A stretch of DNA of 64,000 nt, from contig NC_068991.1 in assembly GCF_001194135.2 (NCBI RefSeq), positions 51,180,118-51,244,117 of the forward strand, read 5' to 3'. The stretch is from Octopus bimaculoides (taxonomy: Eukaryota). The notes below the pieces were generated by a model. The model worked only from the letters and a program-made list of their open reading frames with translations. It made no database searches and had not been told where the DNA came from. Below are positions 63,559 to 64,000 of the stretch, piece after piece; position 1 is the stretch's first letter; each line of letters starts with the position of its first letter. The position numbers were made by a program, and so were the translations under genes.

Positions 63559-64000
63559 CTTTATTTTTTGCTCTTATTTCAAAAACTGATATTTATACAA
63601 GTCATTTAATTAACAGTATATCTTGAAGTGAATATAGCAACTGATTAATAGCTTGAAATATATTAAGCTAAATACTCCTCAGATGGGTTTAAAAGGTCAA
63701 CAACTACCTATGGGACTTGAACCATGTATCTTCTGTTACAGTTAGTAGCATGTCTGTCATAGTTAAAGAAGATGTTTGACTTGAGTCTCATGGGTAGTCT
63801 TCAGCTTTCTTTCCATCCAAAAGGGCTGTATCCCAATATATTACAAATTATTATTTGCAGCTGTATTCGCTGTGAGACACACCATTAAGTAAATTATTTA
63901 CATATTTCTAGAGGCTTCTTCATTGATATTCTAAATGTAAACAGATTACTATTTAAATTTACTGATTCATTGTAACCAATATAATATGGAAAAATAGATG

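Overview
AT-rich eukaryotic DNA, dense in microsatellites, with 13 assembly gaps (N runs). It is most likely an octopus genome: this is inferred from the tRNA-derived SINE families, the microsatellite density and the gap pattern, and was not checked against a database. No intact host gene is recognisable, and most of the ORF track is microsatellite or N-run artefact. The window holds ~25 SINE copies or fragments from several families, three TTAA-flanked piggyBac-like MITEs, several foldback/MITE elements, and decayed transposon coding remnants. The remnants are three Penelope-like elements (PLE), two CR1/L2-type LINEs, RTE-type LINE fragments, a Tigger/pogo transposase, a 236-bp mariner derivative and a possible hAT dimerisation domain. 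The most interesting observations are: (1) a minimal type-I hammerhead-ribozyme-shaped motif (minus strand, 195-244, one core substitution) inside a foldback whose arm sequence recurs as a 250-bp palindrome upstream of a PLE remnant; (2) an unusually high density of inverted repeats that could form dsRNA; (3) a nested MITE that contains a home-grown minisatellite, a tRNA-Thr(AGT) fragment and a SINE; (4) a gap-flanked, stop-free ORF with two complete and one truncated C2H2 zinc finger, of either LINE or host-gene origin; (5) one non-repeat island (23.4-24.2 kb) that may be exonic. I cannot support a wholly new biological system from the sequence alone. The hammerhead/PLE foldback family is the best lead.
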